Assembly (NCBI GenBank): GCA_025054575.1
Contig: JANWZN010000001.1
Location: 1,415-65,414 of the forward strand
DNA: 64,000 bases
Direction of reading: 5' to 3'
Source of the DNA: Geminicoccaceae bacterium
Lineage (GTDB): Bacteria > Pseudomonadota > Alphaproteobacteria > Geminicoccales > Geminicoccaceae
The notes under the pieces: generated by a model
Told to the model about the DNA's origin: nothing
Database searches by the model: none
What the model saw: only the letters and a program-made list of their open reading frames with translations
Shown here: piece after piece, positions 40,240 through 49,257 of the stretch
How the letters are laid out: every line of letters begins with the position of its first letter
How positions within the stretch are numbered: the first letter of the stretch is position 1
Translations under genes and position numbers: made by a program

Positions 40240-41418
40240 ATGCTGGCCGGCATCAAGGTGATCGATCTGACACGGGTGCTGGGCGGGCCTTTCTGCACCC
40301 AGATCCTGGGCGATCACGGGGCGGACGTGATCAAGGTCGAGCCGCCGCAGGGTGACGAGGTCCGGGACTGGGGGCCGCCCTTTCTCGATGGCGACGCGTC
40401 CTATTTCATCGGCGTCAACCGCAACAAGCGCTCGATCGGCATCGACCTCACCAAGCCGGCCGGGCGAGACGTCCTGCTCGCGCTCCTGGCCGGTGCCGAT
40501 GTGCTGGTCGAGAACCTCAAACCCGGAACGCTCGAGGGCTGGGGAATCGGTCGAGCGGTCCTGGCCGAACGGTTCCCGCGCCTGGTTCATTGCAGCATCA
40601 CCGGCTTCGGCGCCGATGGTCCGCTGGGTGGCCGGCCCGGTTACGATGCGGTGATCCAAGGCCTGGTCGGGATGTTCTCGATCAACGGCGCGCCCGAATG
40701 CGGTCCCACCCGCATCGGGATCCCGCTCGTCGACATCGGGACCGGGCTCTATGCCGCCGTGGCCATCCTGATGGCGTTGATCGAGCGGCAGCGCTCGGGT
40801 CGCGGTCAGTATCTCGATGTGTCGCTGTTCGACTGTGGCCACGCGATGATGCATCCGCACGCCGCGAACTTCTTTCTTTCGGGCGTGGAGCCGGGGCTCA
40901 CCGGCAGCGCGCATCCGAACATCAGTCCCTACGACACGTTCGCGACCGGCACGGTTTCGCTGTTCCTCGCCGTGGGCAACGAGCGCGCCTTTCGCCGGCT
41001 CTGCGAGATCATCGGTGCTCCAGCACTCGCCGATGATCCGCGCTTTTCGACCAATGCCGAGCGGGTCGTGAACCGAGCGGCGCTCAAGCGGGAGCTCGAG
41101 CAGGTGCTCGCCCGCCACGACGGGGCCGAGCTCTGGCGCACGCTGCTCGATGCCGGCGTGCCGGCGGGGCCGATCTTCGGCCTGCGCGCCGCCCTCGCGC
41201 ATCCGCACACCGCATTCCGCGAGACGATCGTGGAGCGCGGTGCCTATCGAGCGATGGCGACGCCGATCAAACCCTCGCGCAGCGAGGCCGAGCTGCGCCA
41301 CACGCCGCCGCGCTTCGCCGAGCACAGCGACGAAATTCTCAGCGGCGAACGGATCGAGCCGGAGCTGCGGGCGCGCGCCGAGGCCGAGGGTGCGCTGCCC
41401 AAGCGGCGCCGGCGTTAG
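40240..41418 (+). CDS. CaiB/BaiF-family CoA-transferase
   Basis: Family-typical N-terminus MLAGIKVIDLTRVLGGPFCTQILGDHGADVIKVE. Alternative start ATG 40210. Confidence 0.85.
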   Translation: MLAGIKVIDLTRVLGGPFCTQILGDHGADVIKVEPPQGDEVRDWGPPFLDGDASYFIGVNRNKRSIGIDLTKPAGRDVLLALLAGADVLVENLKPGTLEGWGIGRAVLAERFPRLVHCSITGFGADGPLGGRPGYDAVIQGLVGMFSINGAPECGPTRIGIPLVDIGTGLYAAVAILMALIERQRSGRGQYLDVSLFDCGHAMMHPHAANFFLSGVEPGLTGSAHPNISPYDTFATGTVSLFLAVGNERAFRRLCEIIGAPALADDPRFSTNAERVVNRAALKRELEQVLARHDGAELWRTLLDAGVPAGPIFGLRAALAHPHTAFRETIVERGAYRAMATPIKPSRSEAELRHTPPRFAEHSDEILSGERIEPELRARAEAEGALPKRRRR

Positions 41419-42119
41419 ACTCCGAGCAGCCGGTTCGACAGCTCGGGATCGGCCAAGAGCCGGCTCGGCGCACCGGACCAAGCCACACGGCCTTTCTCGA
41501 GAACGCAGAATCGGTCGGCGAGCCGGGCCAGGGCGCGGACGTTCTTGTCGACGACGAGAATGGCCTGCCCGCGCTCCTTGAGTGCTGCCAGCACCCTCCA
41601 GATCTCGCGGCGCACGAGCGGGGCCAGGCCTTCCGTCGCTTCGTCCAGGATCAGCAGGCGCGGGTTGGTCACGAGGGCGCGACCGATCGCGAGCATCTGT
41701 TGCTCGCCCCCCGACAGGCGGTCGGCGAATTGGTCGAGCCGCTCGGCCAGGGGCGGAAACAGCGCGAGCACGGCCTCGAGGTCCCATCCGGCCTCGTTGC
41801 CGGCGGCGGGCCGTGCCGTGGCGAGCAGATTCTCGCGGACGGTGAGATCGGCGAAGACGCGGCGGCCTTCGGGGACGAGGCCGATGCCGAGCCGGGCGAT
41901 CGCGAAGGGCGGGAGTCCGTCGATGCGCCGGCCATCGAACCGGACGGTACCGGAGCGCGGCCGAAGCCGGCCCATGATCGTCCAGATCGTCGTGGTCTTG
42001 CCCATGCCGTTGCGCCCGAGCAGGCCCACGACCTCGCCCGGAGCGACCGCGAGCCGCACGCCGAAAAGGACCTGGGCGGTACCGTAACCGGCGGAGAGAT
42101 CGTCGACGTCGAGCAGCAT
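41415..42119 (-). CDS. livF: branched-chain amino acid-type ABC ATP-binding protein (LivF-like)
   Basis: ATG 42119 gives MLLDVDDLSAGYG. Walker A GRNGMGKTT, signature LSGGEQQML, Walker B LILDEATEG. The longer track ORF start would run into the tRNA gene. Confidence 0.85.
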   Translation of the reverse strand: MLLDVDDLSAGYGTAQVLFGVRLAVAPGEVVGLLGRNGMGKTTTIWTIMGRLRPRSGTVRFDGRRIDGLPPFAIARLGIGLVPEGRRVFADLTVRENLLATARPAAGNEAGWDLEAVLALFPPLAERLDQFADRLSGGEQQMLAIGRALVTNPRLLILDEATEGLAPLVRREIWRVLAALKERGQAILVVDKNVRALARLADRFCVLEKGRVAWSGAPSRLLADPELSNRLLGV

Positions 42120-42129
42120 GTTCGTTGGA

Positions 42130-42206
42130 TGGTCGGGGCGGCGTGATTTGAACACGCGACATCCAGCTCCCAAAGCTGGCGCTCTACCAGGCTGAGCTAC
42201 GCCCCG
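42130..42206 (-). tRNA. tRNA-Pro (anticodon UGG)
   Basis: Minus-strand cloverleaf: acceptor CGGGGCG/CGCCCCG, D-arm GCTCAGCCTGGTAGAGC, anticodon stem CCAGC/GCTGG with loop TTTGGGA (UGG, G37), T-arm GCGTG-TTCAAAT-CACGC, discriminator A and an encoded CCA. Confidence 0.9.
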
Positions 42207-42311
42207 TCGGTCGATCTCCTAAGCGATCGTTGCTTTTCTCGCAACGCGGGCGCCGATGCGCGGCCGGTCGGGCTTCTTGACAGGCCCGGAACCGGCGGCT
42301 GGATCGGGGCC

Positions 42312-43217
42312 ATGCGTTCGACACCGCTCGTGTTCCTCGAGGGCCCCTGGAAGCTCGCCATGGGGCTGCGCGCGCTCGATCCGGCCGACTGGCTCTGGCT
42401 CGACGAGCGGTGGGAAGAGGAGGTCGCCGAGCGTCGCCGTCTCTCGCGCGAGCGACGCGAGCTCGTCTACGCGGCGTTGCCGGGTAGCGAGCCCGCCTGT
42501 GCCGAGCTTCTGGAGACGGTCATCGGCTGGCTCGTCCGTCATGCACCCGAGCGCTTCACGAAACGCGACCGTGGGATCGAGATCCGATCGACAGGCGAGC
42601 GCTCTACACTCGACGCGCCGGAGCCCCTGCTCGCAGCAGGCCAGCTCGTCCAAGAAGATCTGCTGCTGCTCGAAGCCGGTCCGGACGGCAGCTATCTGCT
42701 CACGGCCGGCCATATCTGCTTTCCGCTGCATTGGAAACTCGCCGACAAGCTCGGTCGGTCGTTGCGCGCGATCCACGATCCGGTCCCGGCGTTCGGCGAG
42801 CGGTTGGGGACACCTACCGACCGCTTCTTCAGCGCGCTCGAGGTCGATCGTCCGGTCTGGCGCGCCAACTGGAGCTTGACCTCGAAGGCCGCGCTCTGCC
42901 TGCCCGATCGCTCCGATCGCCTCCGCGAACTCGATCCCGAGAGCGCGGGCCAACGCCTATGGCTCCGAGTCGAGCGACAAACCCTGCGCCGCCTGCCGCG
43001 GAGCCGTGCCGTGGTGTTCGCGATCAAGACCCGCATCCATCGGCTCGACGAGATCGCTGCCGATCCCGCCGTCGCGGGCGCCCTCGCAGCCAGGATCCGC
43101 GAGATGAGCGACGCGATGGCCGAGTACAAAGGTCTGCTCGCGATCCGCGACTCGCTCGCGAGCTGGCTCGATGCGCGTTCCATCGGCGCGAAGGAGCTCC
43201 CCACCGCCCTCGGGTAG
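42312..43217 (+). CDS. DUF3445 family protein (heme-dependent oxidative N-demethylase alpha-like)
   Basis: 301 aa. Family-like GHICFPLHWKLADKLG...IHDPVP segment. Confidence 0.7.
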   Translation: MRSTPLVFLEGPWKLAMGLRALDPADWLWLDERWEEEVAERRRLSRERRELVYAALPGSEPACAELLETVIGWLVRHAPERFTKRDRGIEIRSTGERSTLDAPEPLLAAGQLVQEDLLLLEAGPDGSYLLTAGHICFPLHWKLADKLGRSLRAIHDPVPAFGERLGTPTDRFFSALEVDRPVWRANWSLTSKAALCLPDRSDRLRELDPESAGQRLWLRVERQTLRRLPRSRAVVFAIKTRIHRLDEIAADPAVAGALAARIREMSDAMAEYKGLLAIRDSLASWLDARSIGAKELPTALG

Positions 43218-43661
43218 GCCCTCGCCGGCGAGGCTTCGCCATTGCAGCCGATGGGGGTTCTCACCGGGCATGACGATCGCTGGTGGCACGGGCGCGAAGC
43301 CGAATCGGTGGTAATAGCCCGGGTCGCCGACCAGGAACACCAGGCGCCAGCCGAGATCGGCGGCCCGCGCCAGGCTTTCGAAGACCAGGGCGCGCCCGAT
43401 ACCGACGGCGCGGCGCTCCGGGTCCGTGGCGACGGGACCGAGGAGGAGGGCCGGCATGCCGTCGAGCCGGATCGGCCAATATCGGATCGTCCCGACGATC
43501 CTCCCCGCTTCTTCGGCGACCAAACAGAGGTTCGCGAGCGGGGCGATGCCCTCTCGATACCGATAGGACGTCTTACGGTGCCGGCCGGGACCGAAAGCAC
43601 GGTCCAAGAGGGCTTCGACGGCCGGACCGTCGGCAGGTTGCTCGAGGCGGATGCGCAGCAT
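42957..43661 (-). CDS. GNAT-family N-acetyltransferase
   Basis: The N-terminal ~165 aa are GNAT-like (RIVGTIRYWPI..., RRAVGIGRALV, YYHRFGF). There is no in-frame stop until 42957, giving a junk-like ~65-aa tail antisense to the DUF3445 gene. Confidence 0.7.
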   Translation of the reverse strand: MLRIRLEQPADGPAVEALLDRAFGPGRHRKTSYRYREGIAPLANLCLVAEEAGRIVGTIRYWPIRLDGMPALLLGPVATDPERRAVGIGRALVFESLARAADLGWRLVFLVGDPGYYHRFGFAPVPPAIVMPGENPHRLQWRSLAGEGLPEGGGELLRADGTRIEPARERVADREQTFVLGHRVAHLADPGCEGARDGGIGSDLVEPMDAGLDREHHGTAPRQAAQGLSLDSEP

Positions 43662-43847
43662 GGCGGAGGGCGCTCGGTTGGCGGGGTTCGCGATCGATCA
43701 CCGCGCGCCCCCCTCCATCGAGCCGCCCGATGGCCGCTGGGCGCGGCGGTTCACAAGCCGACTGCGGCTCGTCGTCGGTCGCGTGCGAAGGCCGCTGCTT
43801 CGTGACACTCGAGCATGAAAGCCCGTTAAGAAGCGCTCGGCTGCCTG

Positions 43848-44408
43848 TCAAGCGCCGCCGAGGTCCGGCCCCGTCCCCGAACCCGGTGGATTGAAGACGG
43901 TGACGAGCGGGTCGTCGCGTCCCCGCAGCTCGCGGGCCCGCTCGAGCAGCCAGCGCACAGTCGGGAAGGCCAGTCGATCCCAGGGGATCGCCGACCATTC
44001 GACGAGCTCGACCTCGAGGCTTTCGGGGCCGGGCGCGACGTCTCGGGCTAGCAGACAGGCGCGGTACAAGAGCTGGACCTGATCGATCCTCGGCACGCTG
44101 TAGACCGCGATCAGCCCGTCGATGCGGATCCGCGCGCGTGCTTCTTCCCAGGCCTCGCGTTCTGCTCCCTGCTCGGCCGTCTCGCCGAGCTCCAGGTAGC
44201 CCGCAGGGATCGTCCAGAATCCAGCCCGCGGTTCGATCGCCCGACGGCACAAGAGCAGGCGATCTTCCCAGGTGCAGAGTGCGCCGACGACGACCTTCGG
44301 GTTGACGTAATGGATATGTCCGCAGCGCGTACAGACGTGCCGCTCGCGATCGTCACCCGGCGGCCGCTCGAGGCGGAGCGGCGCGGCGCAGCTGCTGCAG
44401 TATCGCAT
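43848..44408 (-). CDS. NUDIX hydrolase with an N-terminal zinc ribbon
   Basis: ATG 44408 gives [11 protein letters not shown]...[11 protein letters not shown] (CxxC...CxxC). Nudix box [21 protein letters not shown]. Confidence 0.8.
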   Translation of the reverse strand: MRYCSSCAAPLRLERPPGDDRERHVCTRCGHIHYVNPKVVVGALCTWEDRLLLCRRAIEPRAGFWTIPAGYLELGETAEQGAEREAWEEARARIRIDGLIAVYSVPRIDQVQLLYRACLLARDVAPGPESLEVELVEWSAIPWDRLAFPTVRWLLERARELRGRDDPLVTVFNPPGSGTGPDLGGA

Positions 44409-44418
44409 GCTGGGCCGC

Positions 44419-44619
44419 TTACGATGCCCGCTCGCGGTCACTGCGGAAGAGACCCTCCGCGGCGGAGCGCATCGCACGCCGTCGTTGGAGCTCGGCATCG
44501 ACACGGGCGATTTCGCTCACGAGTGTCGCCCGATAGGCTTCGAGATCGGCGATCGACATGCCCTCGAGCGTCCGCGGCAGCCCGGGCACCGGCTTCGAGC
44601 GAGGCTCTTCCTCGTCCAC
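44419..44619 (-). CDS. DUF1192 domain protein
   Basis: 66 aa from GTG 44619. [41 protein letters not shown] matches the DUF1192 coiled-coil pattern. Confidence 0.6.
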   Translation of the reverse strand: MDEEEPRSKPVPGLPRTLEGMSIADLEAYRATLVSEIARVDAELQRRRAMRSAAEGLFRSDRERAS

Positions 44620-44764
44620 GCGATTCCCTCCCGGGGTACGATGGCCCCAAGGGTTCGGCTGACCGCCATGAAGCCGCAGCGCTGCGACCTTGACAAGCGC
44701 CAACCTCGTCCGCACCTCGCCGGCGATCGGCGCCCCTTGGCGATCGCAGCGGAGCGGTGAGACG

Positions 44765-45247
44765 ATGACCGAGCGAACGGTGCGGTATTTCCCGGTCTCG
44801 TGGGAGCAGCTCCACCGGGATGCCAAGGCGCTGGCTTGGCGACTCGCCGATCTCGGCCCGTTCGAGCGCATCGTCGCGGTGACGCGTGGCGGACTGGTTC
44901 CGGCGCACATCATCGCGCGCGAACTCGACATCCGGATCATCGACACGATCTGTGTCGCTTCCTACGACGAGACGTTGCAGCGCGAGGCCGTGATCTTGAA
45001 GTCGGTCACCGGCGATGGTGCCGGCTGGCTGATCGTCGACGATCTCGTGGATACCGGCAAAACCGGGAAGATCGTCCGCGAGCTGCTGCCGAAGGCGCAT
45101 TTCGCAACGGTCTACGCCAAGCCGGCTGGACGACCGATCGTCGACACGTTCGTCACCGAGGTCAGCCAGGACACTTGGATCCTGTTTCCCTGGGACACCG
45201 AGCCAGCCTATGTGAAACCCATCGCCAAAGCGCGCGGCGAGCGCTGA
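44765..45247 (+). CDS. gpt: xanthine-guanine phosphoribosyltransferase
   Basis: ATG 44765 gives [23 protein letters not shown] motif [12 protein letters not shown], and FPWD near the C-terminus. Confidence 0.9.
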   Translation: MTERTVRYFPVSWEQLHRDAKALAWRLADLGPFERIVAVTRGGLVPAHIIARELDIRIIDTICVASYDETLQREAVILKSVTGDGAGWLIVDDLVDTGKTGKIVRELLPKAHFATVYAKPAGRPIVDTFVTEVSQDTWILFPWDTEPAYVKPIAKARGER

Positions 45248-45254
45248 GGCGAGC

Positions 45255-45271
45255 GGCCGAGCGCGTCGGCC
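45255..45271. terminator. short hairpin between convergent gpt and the L,D-transpeptidase gene
   Basis: GGCCGA-GCGCG-TCGGCC (6-bp stem) nested in TGAGGC...GCCTCA. No T-tract, so the call is weak. Confidence 0.3.
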
Positions 45272-46843
45272 TCAGTCGACCATGGTCTGGCCGGCACGCC
45301 CCGCGTTGCGCTGTTCGATGCTGGCCTCCACGGCACCGACATCGTCGAGGACGCGTTTGCCGTCGAAGCTGGTGCGCTCGGCCCGGTCGTGGCCATAGAG
45401 GTCGGCGAGCAGGACGAGCCGACCGTCTGGATCGAGGTCGACGGTCCGGTAGTCGAGGAAGACCGGCACCGGATCCTTGAGCTCGATGCGCCGGGTCCGC
45501 TGGACCGCGAGCGCCTGGTCGAGCCGCTCTTTGGTCCAGCCCTGCTCGCCGAGCAGCGCCAAGGCCAGCTCGGCCGGCCGCTCGACCCGAACGCAACCGT
45601 GGCTCAAGGCTTGGTCGGCGCGGCCGAACAGGCTGCGCTGGGCGGTGTCGTGCAGGTAGACGGCGTGGTGGTTCGGAAACACGAACTTGAACCGCCCGAG
45701 CACGTTATCGGGGCCGGGACGCTGCACGAGGCGTGTGCGACCGCTCTCGGTCGTCTGCCAGACGAACCCGGCTCGCTCCATGTAGCCGGGGTTGCGGTCG
45801 TTTCTCTCGAGCACCTCCTTGACGATGCTGGGAGGCACGTACCAGCTCGGGTCGAGCTCGACGAAGCGGATGACGTCGTCGAAAATCGGGGTGGGCGTCC
45901 GGTCGTCGCCGACGATCACCCGCGAACGCAGCTTGATGTCGCCGTTCTCGACGTAGCGCAGCTCGAACGCTGGGATGTTGACCTCGACGTAGCGGCGCAA
46001 TCCGTTCCGCGGCTCGAGGGCAGCCGCCCGGGCGAGGTTGATGCGGACCCGGGCGAGCTGCTCCGTGACGGGCTCGTTCATGGCGGCAAGTGTGCGGCTT
46101 CCGACCGTCCCGTCCGCCTGGAGGCCGTGCCGTCGCTGGAATCGCCGGACAGCCTCTTGCAGAATCGGCTCCGGAACCGTTGCACCGAGGTAGCGAGCCG
46201 GCAGGTCGGCGGACTGGACCAGCCGCCTTACCAGCTGGGCCCGATCGACCACCCAGCGCCGGCGTGCACGCTGGGTCGCGCCGCCCTCGCCGTGCTCGGC
46301 TGCCACGAGTTCGAGCTCCTCCTCGAGACGGCCGTTCACCGGCCGCCATCCCCCGAGCGCGTCGACGATCGCGAGTTCGAGTGCAGCGAGCGAGAGCGGC
46401 TCGGCGCCGAGCGGGGTGTCGAGCAGCGGCCAGAGGCGCTCGAGGACGCGTGGATCGGCAGCCTCGCTCGTTCCGCGGCGGCGCCCGAGATAGGCGAGCC
46501 AGGCTCGGGTGAGGGCGAGGTCGGCGCGCGCGAGCGCGGCCCCGTCAGCGGTCGCGAAGGCCCGCTCCAAAGCGCTCGGATCGCCGGCGCCGGTCGGACC
46601 GAGGCGGAACTCCCGGTTCAGCAACGCGATCACCGCCGCGCGGCGGCTCGCGGCCCGTTCGCTGCCGGTCCAGAGCGGCTCGCCACCGCGGCGGGCATAG
46701 AGCTCGCGTAGTGCCGGGTCGCCCGCCGCCGAGCCCGACGAGACTGCGCGCGGCGCCACATCCCGCGATGCCGCTGCGTCGGCACAGGGCGCGAGCACGA
46801 AGAGCAGGCCCAGAGCGACCCCGAGAAACGAAAAACGGTGCAT
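45272..46843 (-). CDS. L,D-transpeptidase family protein (YcbB-like)
   Basis: 523 aa. Signal peptide, PG-binding-like region (VRRFQRRHGLQADGTVG) and YkuD catalytic region (HHAVYLHDT...SHGCVRV). Confidence 0.85.
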   Translation of the reverse strand: MHRFSFLGVALGLLFVLAPCADAAASRDVAPRAVSSGSAAGDPALRELYARRGGEPLWTGSERAASRRAAVIALLNREFRLGPTGAGDPSALERAFATADGAALARADLALTRAWLAYLGRRRGTSEAADPRVLERLWPLLDTPLGAEPLSLAALELAIVDALGGWRPVNGRLEEELELVAAEHGEGGATQRARRRWVVDRAQLVRRLVQSADLPARYLGATVPEPILQEAVRRFQRRHGLQADGTVGSRTLAAMNEPVTEQLARVRINLARAAALEPRNGLRRYVEVNIPAFELRYVENGDIKLRSRVIVGDDRTPTPIFDDVIRFVELDPSWYVPPSIVKEVLERNDRNPGYMERAGFVWQTTESGRTRLVQRPGPDNVLGRFKFVFPNHHAVYLHDTAQRSLFGRADQALSHGCVRVERPAELALALLGEQGWTKERLDQALAVQRTRRIELKDPVPVFLDYRTVDLDPDGRLVLLADLYGHDRAERTSFDGKRVLDDVGAVEASIEQRNAGRAGQTMVD

Positions 46844-46985
46844 CCTGTGCTCCGAGCCGCCGCCCGCATGCGAGCTAAATCACAACGGGGCGATCGCCAA
46901 GGCCTCGATGGGCTCGGCGTTACCCGAGGGTGAGTTTTCGCGGCGGGTAGCGCTCGTTCGTGTTCCCGACGACCCGCTTCGCGGA

Positions 46986-47606
46986 TCAGGTGACCGGGAG
47001 TGCCACGTGGGTTCGATACGCTTCACGCGTTCGTAGACGCGCGAACCACGCATCGATGTTGGGCTGTGGCGGGCGATCGATCGGCAAATTGTGGTACCGC
47101 CACCAGGCGCAACCGAGCGGAATGTCCCCCATCGTGAAGCCGTCGCCGGCGACGTAGGGGCGCTCGGCGAGATGCCCGTCGAGGATCGCCCAGATCGGCC
47201 CCAGTCGCTCCGCTGCAGCTCGGACCGCAGCCATGTCGCGTCGCTCCGGCGGGGTGCGGATCGTCTGCCAGAAAACGATCGTCATGTCGGGCATGAGGGT
47301 CGTGAGCATCCAATCCATCCACCGATCCGCCTCGGAACGGTGGGCCGGGTCGACCGGCCACAAGGACCCCGAACCGTATTTGGCCGCGAGGTAGCGCACG
47401 CAGGCGTTCGACTCCCAGACGACGGTTTCGCCGTCGCGGATCGTCGGGATCTTACGGTTCGGGTTCATGCGACCGTATTCGGGTGTGTCGAGCCCGCCGA
47501 AGGCGCCGCCCGCGTCGATCCGCTCGAAATCGAGCCCGAGCTCGCCCACCGTCCACATCACCTTCTGCACGTTGATCGAGTTCGCGCGTCCCCAGATCCT
47601 GATCAT
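46986..47606 (-). CDS. glutathione S-transferase
   Basis: 206 aa. N-domain NSINVQKV...NPNRKIPTIRDGETVVWESNACVRYL. Confidence 0.85.
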   Translation of the reverse strand: MIRIWGRANSINVQKVMWTVGELGLDFERIDAGGAFGGLDTPEYGRMNPNRKIPTIRDGETVVWESNACVRYLAAKYGSGSLWPVDPAHRSEADRWMDWMLTTLMPDMTIVFWQTIRTPPERRDMAAVRAAAERLGPIWAILDGHLAERPYVAGDGFTMGDIPLGCAWWRYHNLPIDRPPQPNIDAWFARLRTREAYRTHVALPVT

Positions 47607-47627
47607 CGGCGCTTCTCCGATCTCGGC

Positions 47628-48392
47628 TCAAATGCAGCGGCCGCCGTCGACTTCCAAAGCGACACCGGTCAGGAATTCGGCTTCGTCGGAGGCGAGGAAG
47701 AGGGCAGCGCGGGCGACATCCAGCGGGGTGGACAGCCGGCCGAGCGGAACGGTGGCTCGGAACTTCTCGCGCAGCTCGGGTGTGTCCCCGCCCATGAACG
47801 CGGCCAGGAGTGGCGTCTCGCCCGCCACCGGGCAGAGACAGTTGACCCGGATCTTGGCCGGCGCGAGCTCGATCGCGAGGGCCTTGGTCGCGGTGATCGC
47901 CGCACCTTTCGAGGCGTTGTACCAGACGAGCCCGGGGCGTGGCCGGATCCCGGCCGTGGAGGCGGTCGTCAGGATCACGCCCCCGCCTTGTCGCTGCATG
48001 AGGGGAACGACGTGCTTGGCGGCCCAGAAGAGTGCTTTCACGTTGACTGCGAAAACCCGGTCGAAATCCGCCTCGCTCACTTGCGTGCACGGCATGTTGT
48101 AATGGGTGACACCGGCGTTGTTGACGATGATGTCGAGCCGGCCGAAGCGGTCGAGGGCGGTCCGGACCATCGCGCCGGTGCCCGCGTCCGTGCTCACGTC
48201 GCACGCGACGGCAACCGCCCGACCTCCGTTCGCGCCGATCTCGCGCGCGACCCGGTCGGCGGTCTCGCCGTTGATGTCGGCGACGACGACCGAGGCGCCT
48301 TCTTGCGCGAACAGCCGCGCGATGCCCTCACCGAAGCCCTGTCCTGCACCCGTTACGATTGCCGACTTGCCCGCGAGACGCATCGTTCTCAC
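47628..48392 (-). CDS. SDR-family oxidoreductase
   Basis: 254 aa. TGAGQGFG cofactor motif, NNAG, and catalytic YNASKGA. Confidence 0.85.
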   Translation of the reverse strand: MRTMRLAGKSAIVTGAGQGFGEGIARLFAQEGASVVVADINGETADRVAREIGANGGRAVAVACDVSTDAGTGAMVRTALDRFGRLDIIVNNAGVTHYNMPCTQVSEADFDRVFAVNVKALFWAAKHVVPLMQRQGGGVILTTASTAGIRPRPGLVWYNASKGAAITATKALAIELAPAKIRVNCLCPVAGETPLLAAFMGGDTPELREKFRATVPLGRLSTPLDVARAALFLASDEAEFLTGVALEVDGGRCI

Positions 48393-48461
48393 CTCCCCGC
48401 CTGCGAACCCCTCCGATAGCCCGTGGGCAGCGAGCCCGGAAGAGAGGTCGCCGCGTGGTGC

Positions 48462-49256
48462 TCAGGCGAGAAAGCGCTTGAGCGCCGCGAGCGTCGCCTC
48501 GGGATCCTCGACCATCATCATGTGCCCGACACCGTCGAGAACCACGCTCGAGCCGTGCGCGAGCAGGCCCGCGAGCCGGGTGCCGGCGCGCGGTGGGGTC
48601 ATCCGGTCCTCCGCACCGATCATCACGAGGGCGGGACAACCGACCCGCGTCGCTCGCTCCTCGCCCGCGCGATAGCCGTGGCAGGCGGCCAGATCGGCCG
48701 CCAGGACCCGCGGGTCGCCGCGCAGCAGCAAGGTTCGCGCAGAACCCAGAAGCCAAGCGCCCGGCAGTGCACTTCCGCCGAGATGGGCACGGGAACCGAA
48801 GCCCCAATCGCAGATCAGGTCGACCGCGCGCGGATCACCGTCTCGGGCGAGGGCCAAAAGCTCGGGATGCACGGGCATCTGCGCGGCGGCGCCGAGCAAC
48901 ACCAGCCGCTCGACCCGGCCCGGATGCCTGGCGGCGAGATCGAGCGCGGCGAGGGCGCCCATCGAATGGCCGATGACGACGGCCGGCTCGGGTCCGGTGC
49001 TGGCGACGAGTTCTGCGAGCCAGTCCGCGATCGCCTCGATCGATTCGAGCGGCGACTGGTTGCGCACCCGACCGTGCCCCGGCAGATCGACCGCGAAGGC
49101 GTTCCAGCCGTGAAAGGCGAGGAAACGTCCCTGCAGGGTCCAAATACTCTGATCCATCCCGGCGCCGTGGACCAAAAACACCTTGCGGGCACCGCGGACG
49201 ACCGCCCGGCCGTAGGTCGAGACGGCGGCCGTCGGACGAGGTTCGGCGGACGCCAT
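48462..49256 (-). CDS. alpha/beta hydrolase
   Basis: ATG 49256 (MASAEP...). HGAG oxyanion region, nucleophile elbow GHSMG, and a C-terminal GHMMM. Confidence 0.8.
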   Translation of the reverse strand: MASAEPRPTAAVSTYGRAVVRGARKVFLVHGAGMDQSIWTLQGRFLAFHGWNAFAVDLPGHGRVRNQSPLESIEAIADWLAELVASTGPEPAVVIGHSMGALAALDLAARHPGRVERLVLLGAAAQMPVHPELLALARDGDPRAVDLICDWGFGSRAHLGGSALPGAWLLGSARTLLLRGDPRVLAADLAACHGYRAGEERATRVGCPALVMIGAEDRMTPPRAGTRLAGLLAHGSSVVLDGVGHMMMVEDPEATLAALKRFLA

Positions 49257-49257
49257 C

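Noticed and set aside
42130-42206. tRNA-Pro as a possible integration site for a genomic island
   Set aside because: No integrase, no duplicated tRNA 3' segment and no compositional break were seen on either side. The neighbours are ordinary metabolic genes, and the phage-derived locus lies 8 kb away and is not adjacent.
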